This document shows, piece by piece, positions 37,511-47,314 of a stretch of 64,000 nt of DNA. The first letter of the stretch is position 1. The number at the start of each line of letters is the position of its first letter. The translations under genes and the position numbers were made by a program. Below the pieces are notes generated by a model, which saw nothing but the letters and a program-made list of their open reading frames with translations, did no database searches and was not told the origin of the DNA. Source of the DNA: an uncultured Candidatus Saccharibacteria bacterium (lineage in GTDB: Bacteria; Patescibacteriota; Minisyncoccia; Phycocordibacterales; UBA2100); contig CAZUVH010000001.1 of assembly GCA_964623775.1 (NCBI GenBank), positions 40,790-104,789 of the forward strand, in the 5' to 3' direction.

Positions 37511-39362
37511 ACAGCAGGACCCTCTGCAGGGCAATGTTCCATTGCCAAAACCAGAGGATATAAAAATAATTCCTCCGGCAATGCCGGTATCGCAAAGGGC
37601 GATACCGGCATTGCCACTTGATGACCTGCTTGCACCCGACACGAGCGAGCTTCCTCCATCAAAAATCATTCCTCCGATTTCGGTGATGCCGTCGGTCTCT
37701 GTAACGCCCACACCCACGCCTCCTCCACCCGCACACGTGCCGCCGAACACTCCTCCGGTACCACCCGCACCAGCGACGCGGCCGGTCCCCCCGGAAGTTG
37801 AACCATTTATCCGCAAGACGACACAGCCGACACCCCCTGTCAGTGTGCCGGTTTCTGACCGTATCACTCCTGTGCCTCTCACCCCTTTGAAGCCTCTCGC
37901 ACCTCTTCCACCCAAACCGGCCCCGATTACACCACCCACTTCTGAGCAAGAAATCCCAGAGCCGGTGATTCTTTCTGAGACTGTGAGGCCAAAAGAAAGT
38001 CCGGTGCCCCCTGGAGCGAGTCCGAATATCGCAGGGGAGAGTGCGTCAGCACCCAACAAATCATGGGGGCCGTTTAGCGACAATATTTCCAACATCCTGA
38101 ACGCCATCAAACTACCCGAGCGATTTGATGCAAAGGCATCGGGCGACATCAAAACCCGACCGCCACAAAAAAATCCAGAACCGATTGTGGTTTCCGAAAA
38201 AGTTGTCCCGACGACGAAACAGCCTGCAGCGCCGATAGGTCATAGTGCACCCGTCCCCACACAATCTGCCGCCCAAGAGACTCCTATTCCGGACGTCGGT
38301 CTCCCAAGTCGCGCCGCTGTATCTACGCATGCGCCTGCAGCTTCCACCCCAAGAATGCCGCTTCCTGATCCGGGGCCGTTTATGCCGCCTCCCCCGGCTC
38401 CACCTCCCGCGCCGCCACAACCAACCCCGGTCGCGAATCCCGCCCCGGCTCCAATGCCCGAGCCTGCTGTAGAGACCGCTCCGGATCACTCGATCACACC
38501 ACTGCGCACGTTTAAAGAAGACCTCATGCATGTGGTCCACGATCGCAAGATCTCACTCGTGAGCGCGGCTGCACTCGAACAAGATAAGAAGCGCGACCTC
38601 CCACAGCCGACTCCGGCGGAAATCGCGATAACACGCCACAAGCGGCGACGCATATTTGCAGTACTGTACACAGTGGTAATCCTCATAGGGCTCAGTGCAG
38701 CGGCGCTCTACGGCGTATACACGGTACAGACCCAGCACGCGACGCCCGCACCAAATCCCAATAACACGTCGATCATTTTTGCGGAGCAGACATTTTCTTT
38801 CCCTCTCCAAGACCTCACTCCCAACGACATCAAGCGCACACTCTCACAATCAAGTGGCTCTTCCAACCCATCTTTAGGCTCGATCACACGCATCGTCCCG
38901 ACCGTGAAAACAGAGGAGGGGGGTGCGCGCCTCGCAACGACGGCGGAATTTTTCAAAGCGATAGACCTTCATGTGTCCGATGATCTCGTCCGTGCACTCA
39001 GCAGCGAATTTTTCCTCGGTATTCATACGATCGACAAAAATTCGGCGATGATCATCATCCCCGTCTACTCATACGAACGTGCGTTCGCGGGTATGCTCGA
39101 CTGGGAAGCGGCAATGAATACTGACCTCGCGCCCGCCTTCACCCCAGTTTCTCAATTCACGACCGATGAAAACGGCCTGCCAAAACGACGCGTGTTTGAA
39201 GATGTCGTCATGCGCAATTACGATACACGTGCGCTCAAAGATGATTCGGGTACGGTCCAGCTGTATTACTCGTTCCCGACACCCAATGTCCTGATTATTT
39301 CCGAGAATCCGTTCAGTTTTACGGAAATACTGAGCCGTCTCCAGGTGCAGCGCAGGCTCTAG
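37467..39362 (+). CDS. Proline-rich single-TM protein
   Basis: Long Pro-rich N-terminus, TPLRTFKED motif, TM, C-terminal globular domain. Confidence 0.75.
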   Translation: MADETGKTGQGDASKQQDPLQGNVPLPKPEDIKIIPPAMPVSQRAIPALPLDDLLAPDTSELPPSKIIPPISVMPSVSVTPTPTPPPPAHVPPNTPPVPPAPATRPVPPEVEPFIRKTTQPTPPVSVPVSDRITPVPLTPLKPLAPLPPKPAPITPPTSEQEIPEPVILSETVRPKESPVPPGASPNIAGESASAPNKSWGPFSDNISNILNAIKLPERFDAKASGDIKTRPPQKNPEPIVVSEKVVPTTKQPAAPIGHSAPVPTQSAAQETPIPDVGLPSRAAVSTHAPAASTPRMPLPDPGPFMPPPPAPPPAPPQPTPVANPAPAPMPEPAVETAPDHSITPLRTFKEDLMHVVHDRKISLVSAAALEQDKKRDLPQPTPAEIAITRHKRRRIFAVLYTVVILIGLSAAALYGVYTVQTQHATPAPNPNNTSIIFAEQTFSFPLQDLTPNDIKRTLSQSSGSSNPSLGSITRIVPTVKTEEGGARLATTAEFFKAIDLHVSDDLVRALSSEFFLGIHTIDKNSAMIIIPVYSYERAFAGMLDWEAAMNTDLAPAFTPVSQFTTDENGLPKRRVFEDVVMRNYDTRALKDDSGTVQLYYSFPTPNVLIISENPFSFTEILSRLQVQRRL

Positions 39363-39392
39363 TACGAAAATTTGATGAAGTTGAAAGAATGG

Positions 39393-39434
39393 TATACCCC
39401 GCACCACTTTTCAAAAAAAGTGGTGCGGGGTATA
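39393..39434. mobile_element. Collapsed MITE-like element (TIR CCCCGCACCACTTTT, TATA flanks)
   Basis: Same ends as 56924-57033. Confidence 0.75.
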
Positions 39435-39443
39435 CTGCACGTC

Positions 39444-39818
39444 ATGAAAAAACTCAGCCAAGTAGAAATCGACGAGCTGCGCGAAGCGCTCGAAATTGAA
39501 GAATCGAATCTTGTAGAAGAATTGGCATCGCATGGTCGCGTACAAAATGAGACCGGCGACTGGCAGGGGAATTCAAGCGGTCTCGAGGGCGAAGAAGCGG
39601 ACCCAAATGACGCTGCTGATCAGATCGAGGAACTCGTCACCAATATTCCACTCGTCGAAGAGCTTGAAGCCCGCCACAACGACGTGGAGGAAGCGCTCGA
39701 GAGAATGGATCAGGGAATCTACGGCATCTGCGAAGAATGTGGCGAACAGATCAAGCTCGATCGCCTCAAGGCCAATCCCGCCGCACGCACCTGCGTCGAA
39801 CACGCGGAGGAAGAGTAA
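39444..39818 (+). CDS. DksA/TraR C4 zinc-finger protein
   Basis: DPNDAAD, YGICEECG, RLKANPAARTCVEH. Confidence 0.88.
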   Translation: MKKLSQVEIDELREALEIEESNLVEELASHGRVQNETGDWQGNSSGLEGEEADPNDAADQIEELVTNIPLVEELEARHNDVEEALERMDQGIYGICEECGEQIKLDRLKANPAARTCVEHAEEE

Positions 39819-39861
39819 ATTCTATTTGCTCAAGCGGAAAGAGGGAACGGCCTGATTTTTA

Positions 39862-40401
39862 TCAGGCCGTTTTAAAAAGTACTCGCTTCGTTTCTTTTGC
39901 AATCGTTTCGCTCACCTGTTTGTTGTGCACAATGTCGGTTAGGTGATTTGAGTGCAGTTTGATGTGCTCCAGAGCCTGCGGATGCTCTGCCCCCCACCAC
40001 ACGAGTTCATCATACTTGGCAGCAAACGATACGATCGGCACATCGGCACTGAGGGCTCGTGAGTTCAAACTTTGCGTAAAAACTCCACCCCAAGATCGGT
40101 GCGGCGAAAAGATCGTAGCTATTCCACATACCGGTGACCTCTTGAACGAAGGCGAACTCGCACAAGCGATGACGCCGCCCATACTATGTCCGACGAGAAG
40201 CAGTCTCTCTCCATCGTCATGTTTTGCGACCACTTCAGCTGTAAATGAACGCAGTCGTTCAATTTCCCACGGGTGACAAAAATATTCTTCCTCGACCGAA
40301 AATTGGGCCGACGGAAAGACGTCCAGAAACGCCGCCCCCAGATTTTTCCATGGATTTTTGTTTTCGTTTGACCACACGCCACTTATGCCGACGATGCGCA
40401 T
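39862..40401 (-). CDS. Alpha/beta hydrolase
   Basis: GHSMGG nucleophile elbow, D and H downstream. Confidence 0.75.
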   Translation of the reverse strand: MRIVGISGVWSNENKNPWKNLGAAFLDVFPSAQFSVEEEYFCHPWEIERLRSFTAEVVAKHDDGERLLLVGHSMGGVIACASSPSFKRSPVCGIATIFSPHRSWGGVFTQSLNSRALSADVPIVSFAAKYDELVWWGAEHPQALEHIKLHSNHLTDIVHNKQVSETIAKETKRVLFKTA

Positions 40402-40518
40402 TCGCGCCTCCCGGTTTGAGTTCCTAATCTGGTATTACCGCCAATCAGTGAGCGGGTCAAGGCGAATCAGTTCGTCAATATTGCGCACGTGTACATACCC
40501 GCCTACAATGTCCCCACT

Positions 40519-42096
40519 ATGGGGTCAAAGCAGGCGATCGCTTCCGGTTTTGCTCGTGTCTTTGGCGCACAACCGATGCTGCCGAAAGCCACAATCGTCT
40601 CGATCGAGTGCGACATTGTAAAAGGACTGCACGCATTCACGATCGTGGGACTACCTGACAAATCGGTGGAAGAAGCAAAAGATCGCATCGCTGCTGCGAT
40701 CAAAAACACCGAGCCACCAGTCCCGACAGGACGCGAAGAGAACGGCTATGAATCTCCAAAGCGCAGTAATAAAAAGATCGTGCTCTCACTCGCGCCCGCC
40801 GAGCTCAAGAAAGAGGGTGCGGCTTTTGATATTCCACTCGCACTTGCGTTTTTACTTGCATCCAAGCAAGTCAAATTCGATCCCAAGGGAAAAATATTTG
40901 CCGGGGAGCTCGCGCTCGATGGCAGCGTACGAAAAATCCTCGGCACGCTTTCCATTACAGCTGCAGCACGTGACGCAGGTTACACAGACGTCTACATACC
41001 GGCAGAAAATGCCGAGGAGGCGTCGCTCATTACGGGATTGCGAATACATCCGGTCGTTTCACTTCAGGGGCTTGTCGAAGAACTCTCCGGTGACACACTC
41101 ACTGAATACGTACCGAGAATGAAGGATGTTTCATACGAGAGTGCCGACGCCGCACTCGATGAGATCCGCGGGCAAGAGAGCGCGAAGCGCGGTCTCATCA
41201 TCGCCGCAGCGGGCGGTCACAATATCGCGCTTTATGGACCGCCAGGCACTGGCAAGACGCTGCTCGCACGCGCAGCCACCTCCATTCTTCCAGATCTTTC
41301 AGAGGATGAGATAGTCGAAGTAACGACCATTCATTCGCTTGCAGGTGTGTTACACGGCGGCCCGATGTTTCGTCCACCGTTTCGCTCGCCACATCACACA
41401 TCATCATACGCGTCGCTTATAGGTGGCGGTTCATCGACAATCCGTCCTGGCGAGGCAACACTCGCCCACAGGGGAGTGCTCTTCGCCGATGAATTTCCTG
41501 AGTTTCACCGTGATGTGATCAACGCACTGCGCGAACCGCTCGAAGATCGCGTTGTCTCGATTTCACGCGCGAAAGGTTCTGCAATATTTCCCGCGAATTT
41601 TATGCTCATCGCCGCACTCAATCCGTGTCCGTGCGGATTTGCCGGCACCTCGCAATGCCAGTGCATGCCGCACTCTATAGAAAAATATCGCCGCAAAATT
41701 TCCGGACCAATCGCGGATCGCATCGATATGTGGGTGTCGGTCGGACATTTGCCGATCGAGACGCTCTCGACACAACAAAAAGCGGTGAGTGGAGAAACGG
41801 CGCGCGCACGAAGGTCAGTCGCTGATGCGCGCAAACGACAAAGGGAGCGATTCAAGGGTGCACGCGGCATGTCGACCAACGCCGACATGGGACCCAAAGA
41901 AATCGAGTCGCACGCAAACCTCTCTCCGAAAGCTGAGGAGACGCTTGTGGGCGCAGCAAAATCCCTGAAGCTCTCCCCGCGTGGCTACCACCGCACCATC
42001 AAGCTCGCACGCACCATTGCCGATCTCGCCAGTAGCGACACGATCGAGCCTTCACACATGCTCGAAGCTCTACAATATCGCGCACGTGAAATATAA
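40519..42096 (+). CDS. comM: YifB/ComM Mg-chelatase-like AAA ATPase
   Basis: VGLPD, GELALDG, GPPGTGKT, PFRSPHH, LAHRGVLF, NPCPCG. Confidence 0.92.
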   Translation: MGSKQAIASGFARVFGAQPMLPKATIVSIECDIVKGLHAFTIVGLPDKSVEEAKDRIAAAIKNTEPPVPTGREENGYESPKRSNKKIVLSLAPAELKKEGAAFDIPLALAFLLASKQVKFDPKGKIFAGELALDGSVRKILGTLSITAAARDAGYTDVYIPAENAEEASLITGLRIHPVVSLQGLVEELSGDTLTEYVPRMKDVSYESADAALDEIRGQESAKRGLIIAAAGGHNIALYGPPGTGKTLLARAATSILPDLSEDEIVEVTTIHSLAGVLHGGPMFRPPFRSPHHTSSYASLIGGGSSTIRPGEATLAHRGVLFADEFPEFHRDVINALREPLEDRVVSISRAKGSAIFPANFMLIAALNPCPCGFAGTSQCQCMPHSIEKYRRKISGPIADRIDMWVSVGHLPIETLSTQQKAVSGETARARRSVADARKRQRERFKGARGMSTNADMGPKEIESHANLSPKAEETLVGAAKSLKLSPRGYHRTIKLARTIADLASSDTIEPSHMLEALQYRAREI

Positions 42097-42108
42097 AGAA
42101 AACCCCGG

Positions 42109-42522
42109 TCATTGACCGGGGTTTTGATTTATGTAGTCAGAGAACATCTGAAAGTGATCGGCGATGAACTCTCCGCTTCGCGATTCGATTTCGGCTCGCG
42201 AGAGGAGAAGTACGCGCGTCTTGCCGGCTTCAGATTTCGGCTTGCCGGTCGCGATACCGCGAAACGCGACGGAGATATACGGGCCGCGAGGATCACGCCC
42301 CGCCGCGTCATACAGCCCGACACTACCTTCGATGAAAAATGAAAGGCCAGTTTCTTCGGCGACCTCTCTCATCACGGCTGCCTCGGAACTCTCTCCCGGC
42401 TCGATCTTGCCGCCGGGGAAGGCGAGACCATACGGCTCCGTCAGGCGCTCAGTGACGACAAACTTGTCGTCAAGCCTCGCCAGGGCGTCCACACAGCGGA
42501 TCGGAATGACACTGTGGCTCAT
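42109..42522 (-). CDS. NUDIX hydrolase
   Basis: PGGKIEPGESSEAAVMREVAEETG, RDPRG. Confidence 0.9.
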   Translation of the reverse strand: MSHSVIPIRCVDALARLDDKFVVTERLTEPYGLAFPGGKIEPGESSEAAVMREVAEETGLSFFIEGSVGLYDAAGRDPRGPYISVAFRGIATGKPKSEAGKTRVLLLSRAEIESRSGEFIADHFQMFSDYINQNPGQ

Positions 42523-42526
42523 GGGA

Positions 42527-43051
42527 TTACTCCTTTTCCCCGTAGGTCACGAGCGACTGGATCGCCCGCGCACCGAGCTTACCCTTCCCGCCGAGGCCGT
42601 CAAGCTCGATGACGAATGCACATCCCGCGACCGTGGCACCCACCGATTCAATGAGAGCACACGCCGCAGCGGCAGTACCGCCAGTGGCCAAGAGGTCGTC
42701 AACCAAGAGCACCTTCATACCGGCATTCACCGCATCTTTCTTGATCTCGATGGTGTCCTCTCCGTACTCCAGCGAGTAGGTCATCTTGACTGTTTCACCG
42801 GGCAACTTGCCCTTCTTACGCACCATCACGAATGGCACACCGAGTGCGAGAGCGATGGGAGCGCCGAAGACAAAGCCACGGGCGTCGAGCGCCGCGACCA
42901 TATCAACTTTTCCCTTCCACTCATCAGTGACCTTCTTCACGACCCATACAAACACCTCAGGGTTCGCAAGAAGCGGCGTGATATCACGGAACATGATCCC
43001 TTTCTTCGGGAAGTCCGGCACATTTCCGATGACTGATTTGAGATTCATCAT
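42527..43051 (-). CDS. apt: Adenine phosphoribosyltransferase
   Basis: PDFPKKGIMFRDITPLL, RKKGKLPG, VDDLLATGGT. Confidence 0.96.
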   Translation of the reverse strand: MMNLKSVIGNVPDFPKKGIMFRDITPLLANPEVFVWVVKKVTDEWKGKVDMVAALDARGFVFGAPIALALGVPFVMVRKKGKLPGETVKMTYSLEYGEDTIEIKKDAVNAGMKVLLVDDLLATGGTAAAACALIESVGATVAGCAFVIELDGLGGKGKLGARAIQSLVTYGEKE

Positions 43052-43118
43052 ATCCTCCTGTCAAAGAACTTTTGTATTGTGGAGTACATGTATGAAAAAT
43101 GTTGTCGTGACAGATAGT

Positions 43119-43138
43119 ATGTACTAAATAAAGTACAT
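43119..43138. promoter_or_regulatory. Palindromic operator-like site ATGTACT-N6-AGTACAT, copy 1
   Basis: Identical 20-mer at 43745-43764. Confidence 0.7.
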
Positions 43139-43181
43139 ATGTGTATAAAAAAACCGCGGCCAGATGGCCGCGGCGAAGACG

Positions 43182-43469
43182 CTAGATACTGTGATCGGTC
43201 CCATCGAATACTGCCTGCTTCTTACTCACCTTGCCCCAGACGGAATCGGGCACGTTTTTGACCGCAGAATACGCCCCGCACTGCGGACACAAGATACCTG
43301 GATACTTATGGGCGAAATGCGTTCCGTACCACAGCATCGGCACAAGATCATCGGTTTCGACTTCCAGTTCGGCACCACAGCCCTTACTCTTCATTGATTT
43401 GATGCCCTTGCACTCCACCTTGGTCTTCCAATTCTTGCCGACGTTGCCGTCCTTTAACACCTTAACCAT
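43182..43469 (-). CDS. Zinc-ribbon protein
   Basis: C...GC and CPQC; GGAGG SD. Confidence 0.7.
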   Translation of the reverse strand: MVKVLKDGNVGKNWKTKVECKGIKSMKSKGCGAELEVETDDLVPMLWYGTHFAHKYPGILCPQCGAYSAVKNVPDSVWGKVSKKQAVFDGTDHSI

Positions 43470-43477
43470 GCTTCCTC

Positions 43478-43669
43478 CTACCAACTACTGATCGTGATGT
43501 CCTTCTTGCAAGTCGGGCACACCACATATTCACCGCCACACGAACCGCCCATGTCCCGTCCAGACCAACTCTTGAGGTCGTTGGGCACATAGGCGATCGT
43601 GGTGCCACAACCCTTGCAGGTTACCTTCTTCTCGACTTCCTTCGAGGGCTTCGTGCTGATGATCCGCAT
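43478..43669 (-). CDS. Zinc-ribbon protein, possible paralog of its neighbour
   Basis: CKGC...CPTC; AAGGAG SD. Confidence 0.7.
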   Translation of the reverse strand: MRIISTKPSKEVEKKVTCKGCGTTIAYVPNDLKSWSGRDMGGSCGGEYVVCPTCKKDITISSW

Positions 43670-43744
43670 GATGGTTCTCCTTTTTTCAAAGAACTACTTG
43701 TAGGATACCGGGAGGGGGCGAGAAAGTCGTCGATGGTTGTAAAA

Positions 43745-43764
43745 ATGTACTAAATAAAGTACAT
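43745..43764. promoter_or_regulatory. Palindromic operator-like site, copy 2
   Basis: 7 nt upstream of the TrmB-like ATG. Confidence 0.7.
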
Positions 43765-43771
43765 TCAGGAC

Positions 43772-44482
43772 ATGAATCTCCGTGAGACTTTCACACGACT
43801 TGGGCTGCCAAAACACAGCGACGAGATTTTTTCGACTCTGGAGAAAAGCGGACCGTCATCGGTGAGTGCACTCAAAAACGCGACCGGCGTGCATCGCCCC
43901 GCCATCTACCGTTCACTCAAGGCGCTTTTAAAGAGAAGGCTTGTTTCCGAAAAAACGTTTGGCAAGCGAATCTACTACGTGGCTGAATCCCGTGCGCATA
44001 TAACAAAAATCTTTGTGCACACAGCCGAAGAGGTGACACGTCTTGAAAGTGGTGCACCAAAAAATAGTGCGGGGGCAGTCAGATACTTCGAAGGGGAGAG
44101 TGCCGTCACCGCGCTTTTCAATGACCTCGTTGAGCACAGCAGGCGCGGCGACACCTTTTACCGATATACGTCGGAAAAAAACCTCGATCAGGTGAATCGG
44201 CTTTTGCCTTCCGATTACCGCAAGCGTCGAGACGCAAAGAGGCTCGAGCGCCTTGTGATCAGTAATCCCGAGTCGGGCAAGCGCAAACAAAACAGGCTCG
44301 AGCGTTTTATAAAATTCCTCGGCTCAGAAAAAGAATCGTTCCATCAAAACGCAATCCAGCTCATCTACGGAGATCGCCTCGCGTTTATTGATCTCAATAC
44401 ATTCAAAGGCTTCATTATAGAAAACAAAACCCTCGCCGAATTCCAAAAAACGATCTTCCGAGCGCTCTACAAGCGTCTTTAG
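43772..44482 (+). CDS. TrmB-family transcriptional regulator
   Basis: LGL, VHRPAIY, VRYFEG, LIYGDRLA. Confidence 0.82.
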   Translation: MNLRETFTRLGLPKHSDEIFSTLEKSGPSSVSALKNATGVHRPAIYRSLKALLKRRLVSEKTFGKRIYYVAESRAHITKIFVHTAEEVTRLESGAPKNSAGAVRYFEGESAVTALFNDLVEHSRRGDTFYRYTSEKNLDQVNRLLPSDYRKRRDAKRLERLVISNPESGKRKQNRLERFIKFLGSEKESFHQNAIQLIYGDRLAFIDLNTFKGFIIENKTLAEFQKTIFRALYKRL

Positions 44483-44483
44483 A

Positions 44484-44783
44484 CTACACCTCGGTCTTTG
44501 CGAGCTGCCTAACGACTTCCGAGGGAGAGGCCCCGATGATCTTCGCCTTCATAATGCGATGATTGTGGAGTCCCCAGAAGAAGATAAAGACGGCCGTCGC
44601 GAGTGAAAGGGGCCCGAAGATCATTGCTTCAAATGGCGTGGCGAATTTGAATATAACGATTGCGGCACCGATGAGACCCAGTGACGTGCGCACATAGGAG
44701 AGGAGAGTGCTTTCATTGGCGAGAAGTGTACGATCACGTGCCATCTCTAATTGATCGTATGTTTCACTGTGATACTCGAACAT
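44484..44783 (-). CDS. DUF202 (YidH-like) membrane protein
   Basis: LEMARDRTLLANESTLLSYVRT. Confidence 0.8.
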   Translation of the reverse strand: MFEYHSETYDQLEMARDRTLLANESTLLSYVRTSLGLIGAAIVIFKFATPFEAMIFGPLSLATAVFIFFWGLHNHRIMKAKIIGASPSEVVRQLAKTEV

Positions 44784-44885
44784 ACTAAAAGTATACGCCT
44801 ATTGCTACTATACTTTTTACTATGCTCCCGGAAAGGGGATAACGCAAGAGAAAAGGCCAGTCCGTCGCCGGATTGGCCTTTAAAA

Positions 44886-45875
44886 TCATTCCTTCGGAGA
44901 AACACAATCTTCGGGGCGCTTATCTCCCCGGTCGCGTACGCGCAGGATGTGCGCGCCGATTAGACGCTTGTTCGGCGTCCGTCGCTCAAACTCGACCTCG
45001 ACGACGTAATGGTACGTTCTACTCATGAGATCCCGCCTCTCATCTGTACTGAGACCAGTACCAACCTTGCCCCAAGAGACGAGTTCCCCCGTCGCGGGAT
45101 CATACTGTGCGATATTCAGATCTTCGATGAGACCGTAATGTGTCGGTGCCGTCGATGGGTTCCAACCCGTAACCACGAAGTCATCTTCATCGTAGTCCTT
45201 CCACTTCCATGACCCCTTGTCGCGGGGAATGTTCCCACCGTCGGTTCGGTAGGAAGAGCCCGTATGCTTGTCGTAGAGAACGAGGCCTTCCCATTTACTG
45301 GAGATGCTCAGGGCTTTTGCTTCTTCGAACGTCATGTTAAGCGGTTTGACGACGCTCACATTCGGTCGATCGCACTTCACCAGCATTTCTTGGAGAATCT
45401 CGAGTCGGTCGATATACGGCAGCCCGATAACCGACTTCCCCTTATATACGGCGATATTGAAGAACGAAAGATGTACCGGGGCATACTCTTTCTGTAGCGC
45501 AATCGCCCTTTCCGGATTCGACAGAGAAAGTCGGCCAAACGTGGTCGGGTTTTGAACACCATCCACGAGTAGGGTCATTTCTCCCAAAGGCATCGTGTCA
45601 TGAGGGATATTCATCGACAGTAACGTGTCGGTGATGCTCGGAAACTTTTCAGTCCACTCCTGAATACCGCGTGAATAAATACCCACATGCCGCTTGCGCA
45701 GACCAGTCACAGGCGTGAAGACGCCGTGACCGTTCTCTTTGCGCTCGATCAAAATATTACCGCCAGCCTCGAGCTCATGAATCTTCTTGAGACTTGGAGT
45801 TTTCTTGATGGGCTTCGCAGCAACGAAATTCGGCTCGAGCGGACGAAGAGAGAATAAGGATGTGCTCCCGTGCAC
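44886..45875 (-). CDS. ATP-dependent DNA ligase (minimal adenylation plus OB domains)
   Basis: ERKENG motif I, GE, WEGLVL, WKWK, VGTGLS, VVEVEF. Confidence 0.78.
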   Translation of the reverse strand: MHGSTSLFSLRPLEPNFVAAKPIKKTPSLKKIHELEAGGNILIERKENGHGVFTPVTGLRKRHVGIYSRGIQEWTEKFPSITDTLLSMNIPHDTMPLGEMTLLVDGVQNPTTFGRLSLSNPERAIALQKEYAPVHLSFFNIAVYKGKSVIGLPYIDRLEILQEMLVKCDRPNVSVVKPLNMTFEEAKALSISSKWEGLVLYDKHTGSSYRTDGGNIPRDKGSWKWKDYDEDDFVVTGWNPSTAPTHYGLIEDLNIAQYDPATGELVSWGKVGTGLSTDERRDLMSRTYHYVVEVEFERRTPNKRLIGAHILRVRDRGDKRPEDCVSPKE

Positions 45876-46019
45876 GTATGTCTCCTATTTGATGACGAAA
45901 AGAACTACGTGGCGGAATAATGCCACAAAAAAGTTACCGGGTCAATTTAGAAGGGGAGAAACCCGCGGAGAGTGCGTATGAGTAATACAAAAGTATCAAA
46001 GTATCGTAAGTCCCACATT

Positions 46020-47048
46020 TTAGAATGGATTGCGGATGCCGTTGCGGATCTCGAAGTGGAGGTGCGGGCCGGTGGCTTTACCTGTCGCGCCCACGTAGCC
46101 GATCACTTGCCCCTTCATCACATGCTGTGCACCGTATGCCGTAACTCTCGACATGTGGCTGTAGAGCGTCTGGCTGCCGTTGCCATGCTGGATCACGACA
46201 TAGCTGCCGTAGCCGCCGTTGTATCCGCCCTGCTTCGCGATAATCACATCGCCTTCAGCAGACGCGAGGACCGGCGTCCCGACTGGAGCTGCGAGGTCAA
46301 CGCCGTTATACCCGTGCACACCCTGGGTGCGCGTACCGCCGATGAGCGGTCGCAGGTAGTAGCCGATCTCCATAGGATTACCCGCTGGTCCGACGTTGCG
46401 GGCTGGTGCAGTAGAAATCCTGGTCGGGGCAGGGGCGGCAGCGATTTCGCCATCAGGGATGATGATTTCAGCGCCTACGGCGAGCTCGTCGATGCCGTTG
46501 TAACTCGCGATTTCGTCGGCATTTCCGCCGTATTTCTTGGCAATTGATGAAAGCGTGTCACCCTTCTTGACCGTGTATTTGATACCGGTGACAGGGAGGA
46601 TGGTAAGCATTTGCCCGATTTGGAGACTAGAGCCACGGGGGATGTCATTGGCCCAGAGAATGGTGTTGGGGGAGACGTTGAACATCTTGGCGATGCCCGT
46701 TAGGGTATCGCCCGCATGTACGACATACACACTGATGGTCGCGTCTTTCGGTTTCTCAATATCGGCTATCGTGCCCGATGGACCCTCTTCCGGCATGAGC
46801 GCTGTGTCGTCGACGATCGTGATCTCGCCACCGCCACGAGCGGCAGAGGGGTCGATATTCATGGCGGGTCGGAGAAGTGGCATGGTCTGAAGATTGCTCG
46901 TACTTGAGATCGCCTCGGCATCCACCGGCCGGCCTGCAAACATGTCTATAATGTCAGTGAAGACACCTGCATGTACGCGAAACGGTAAGAGCGCGCCGAT
47001 GAGAAGCGTCAAAGAGATGAGTGGGACCGCTGTGCGAACAGCGCGCAA
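46020..47048 (-). CDS. LysM (x2) plus M23 peptidase
   Basis: Two LysM repeats (GDTL); NGVD, YSH, HLH; start uncertain. Confidence 0.9.
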   Translation of the reverse strand: MRAVRTAVPLISLTLLIGALLPFRVHAGVFTDIIDMFAGRPVDAEAISSTSNLQTMPLLRPAMNIDPSAARGGGEITIVDDTALMPEEGPSGTIADIEKPKDATISVYVVHAGDTLTGIAKMFNVSPNTILWANDIPRGSSLQIGQMLTILPVTGIKYTVKKGDTLSSIAKKYGGNADEIASYNGIDELAVGAEIIIPDGEIAAAPAPTRISTAPARNVGPAGNPMEIGYYLRPLIGGTRTQGVHGYNGVDLAAPVGTPVLASAEGDVIIAKQGGYNGGYGSYVVIQHGNGSQTLYSHMSRVTAYGAQHVMKGQVIGYVGATGKATGPHLHFEIRNGIRNPF

Positions 47049-47314
47049 ACGCGTATATGTCCTTCTCCGCAGGTTGTTGCGTGCAGAGAGATTCTTTTTT
47101 TTGCCTGTAATAAGCCAATGTAAGGTGATTTTTCTGTGGGGCGGAAAAATATGGCTCTAAATAAGGATTTTTTTCTTATTTAGAAACACGGAAAACTCAG
47201 GTATCACCGTACTTTTCACTGTAGCGTTCAGGGCTTCAGAGTCAATTCATCTAGAAAGATGCAGTGGATATCTCAAAAAGGCACCCCCGTGCTCGTGTGT
47301 GATATCATTCACCG

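Noticed and set aside
40711-40743. Possible palindromic insertion in comM (EPPVPTGREEN)
   Set aside because: Only a weak gtcc/ggac stem and no second copy in the window
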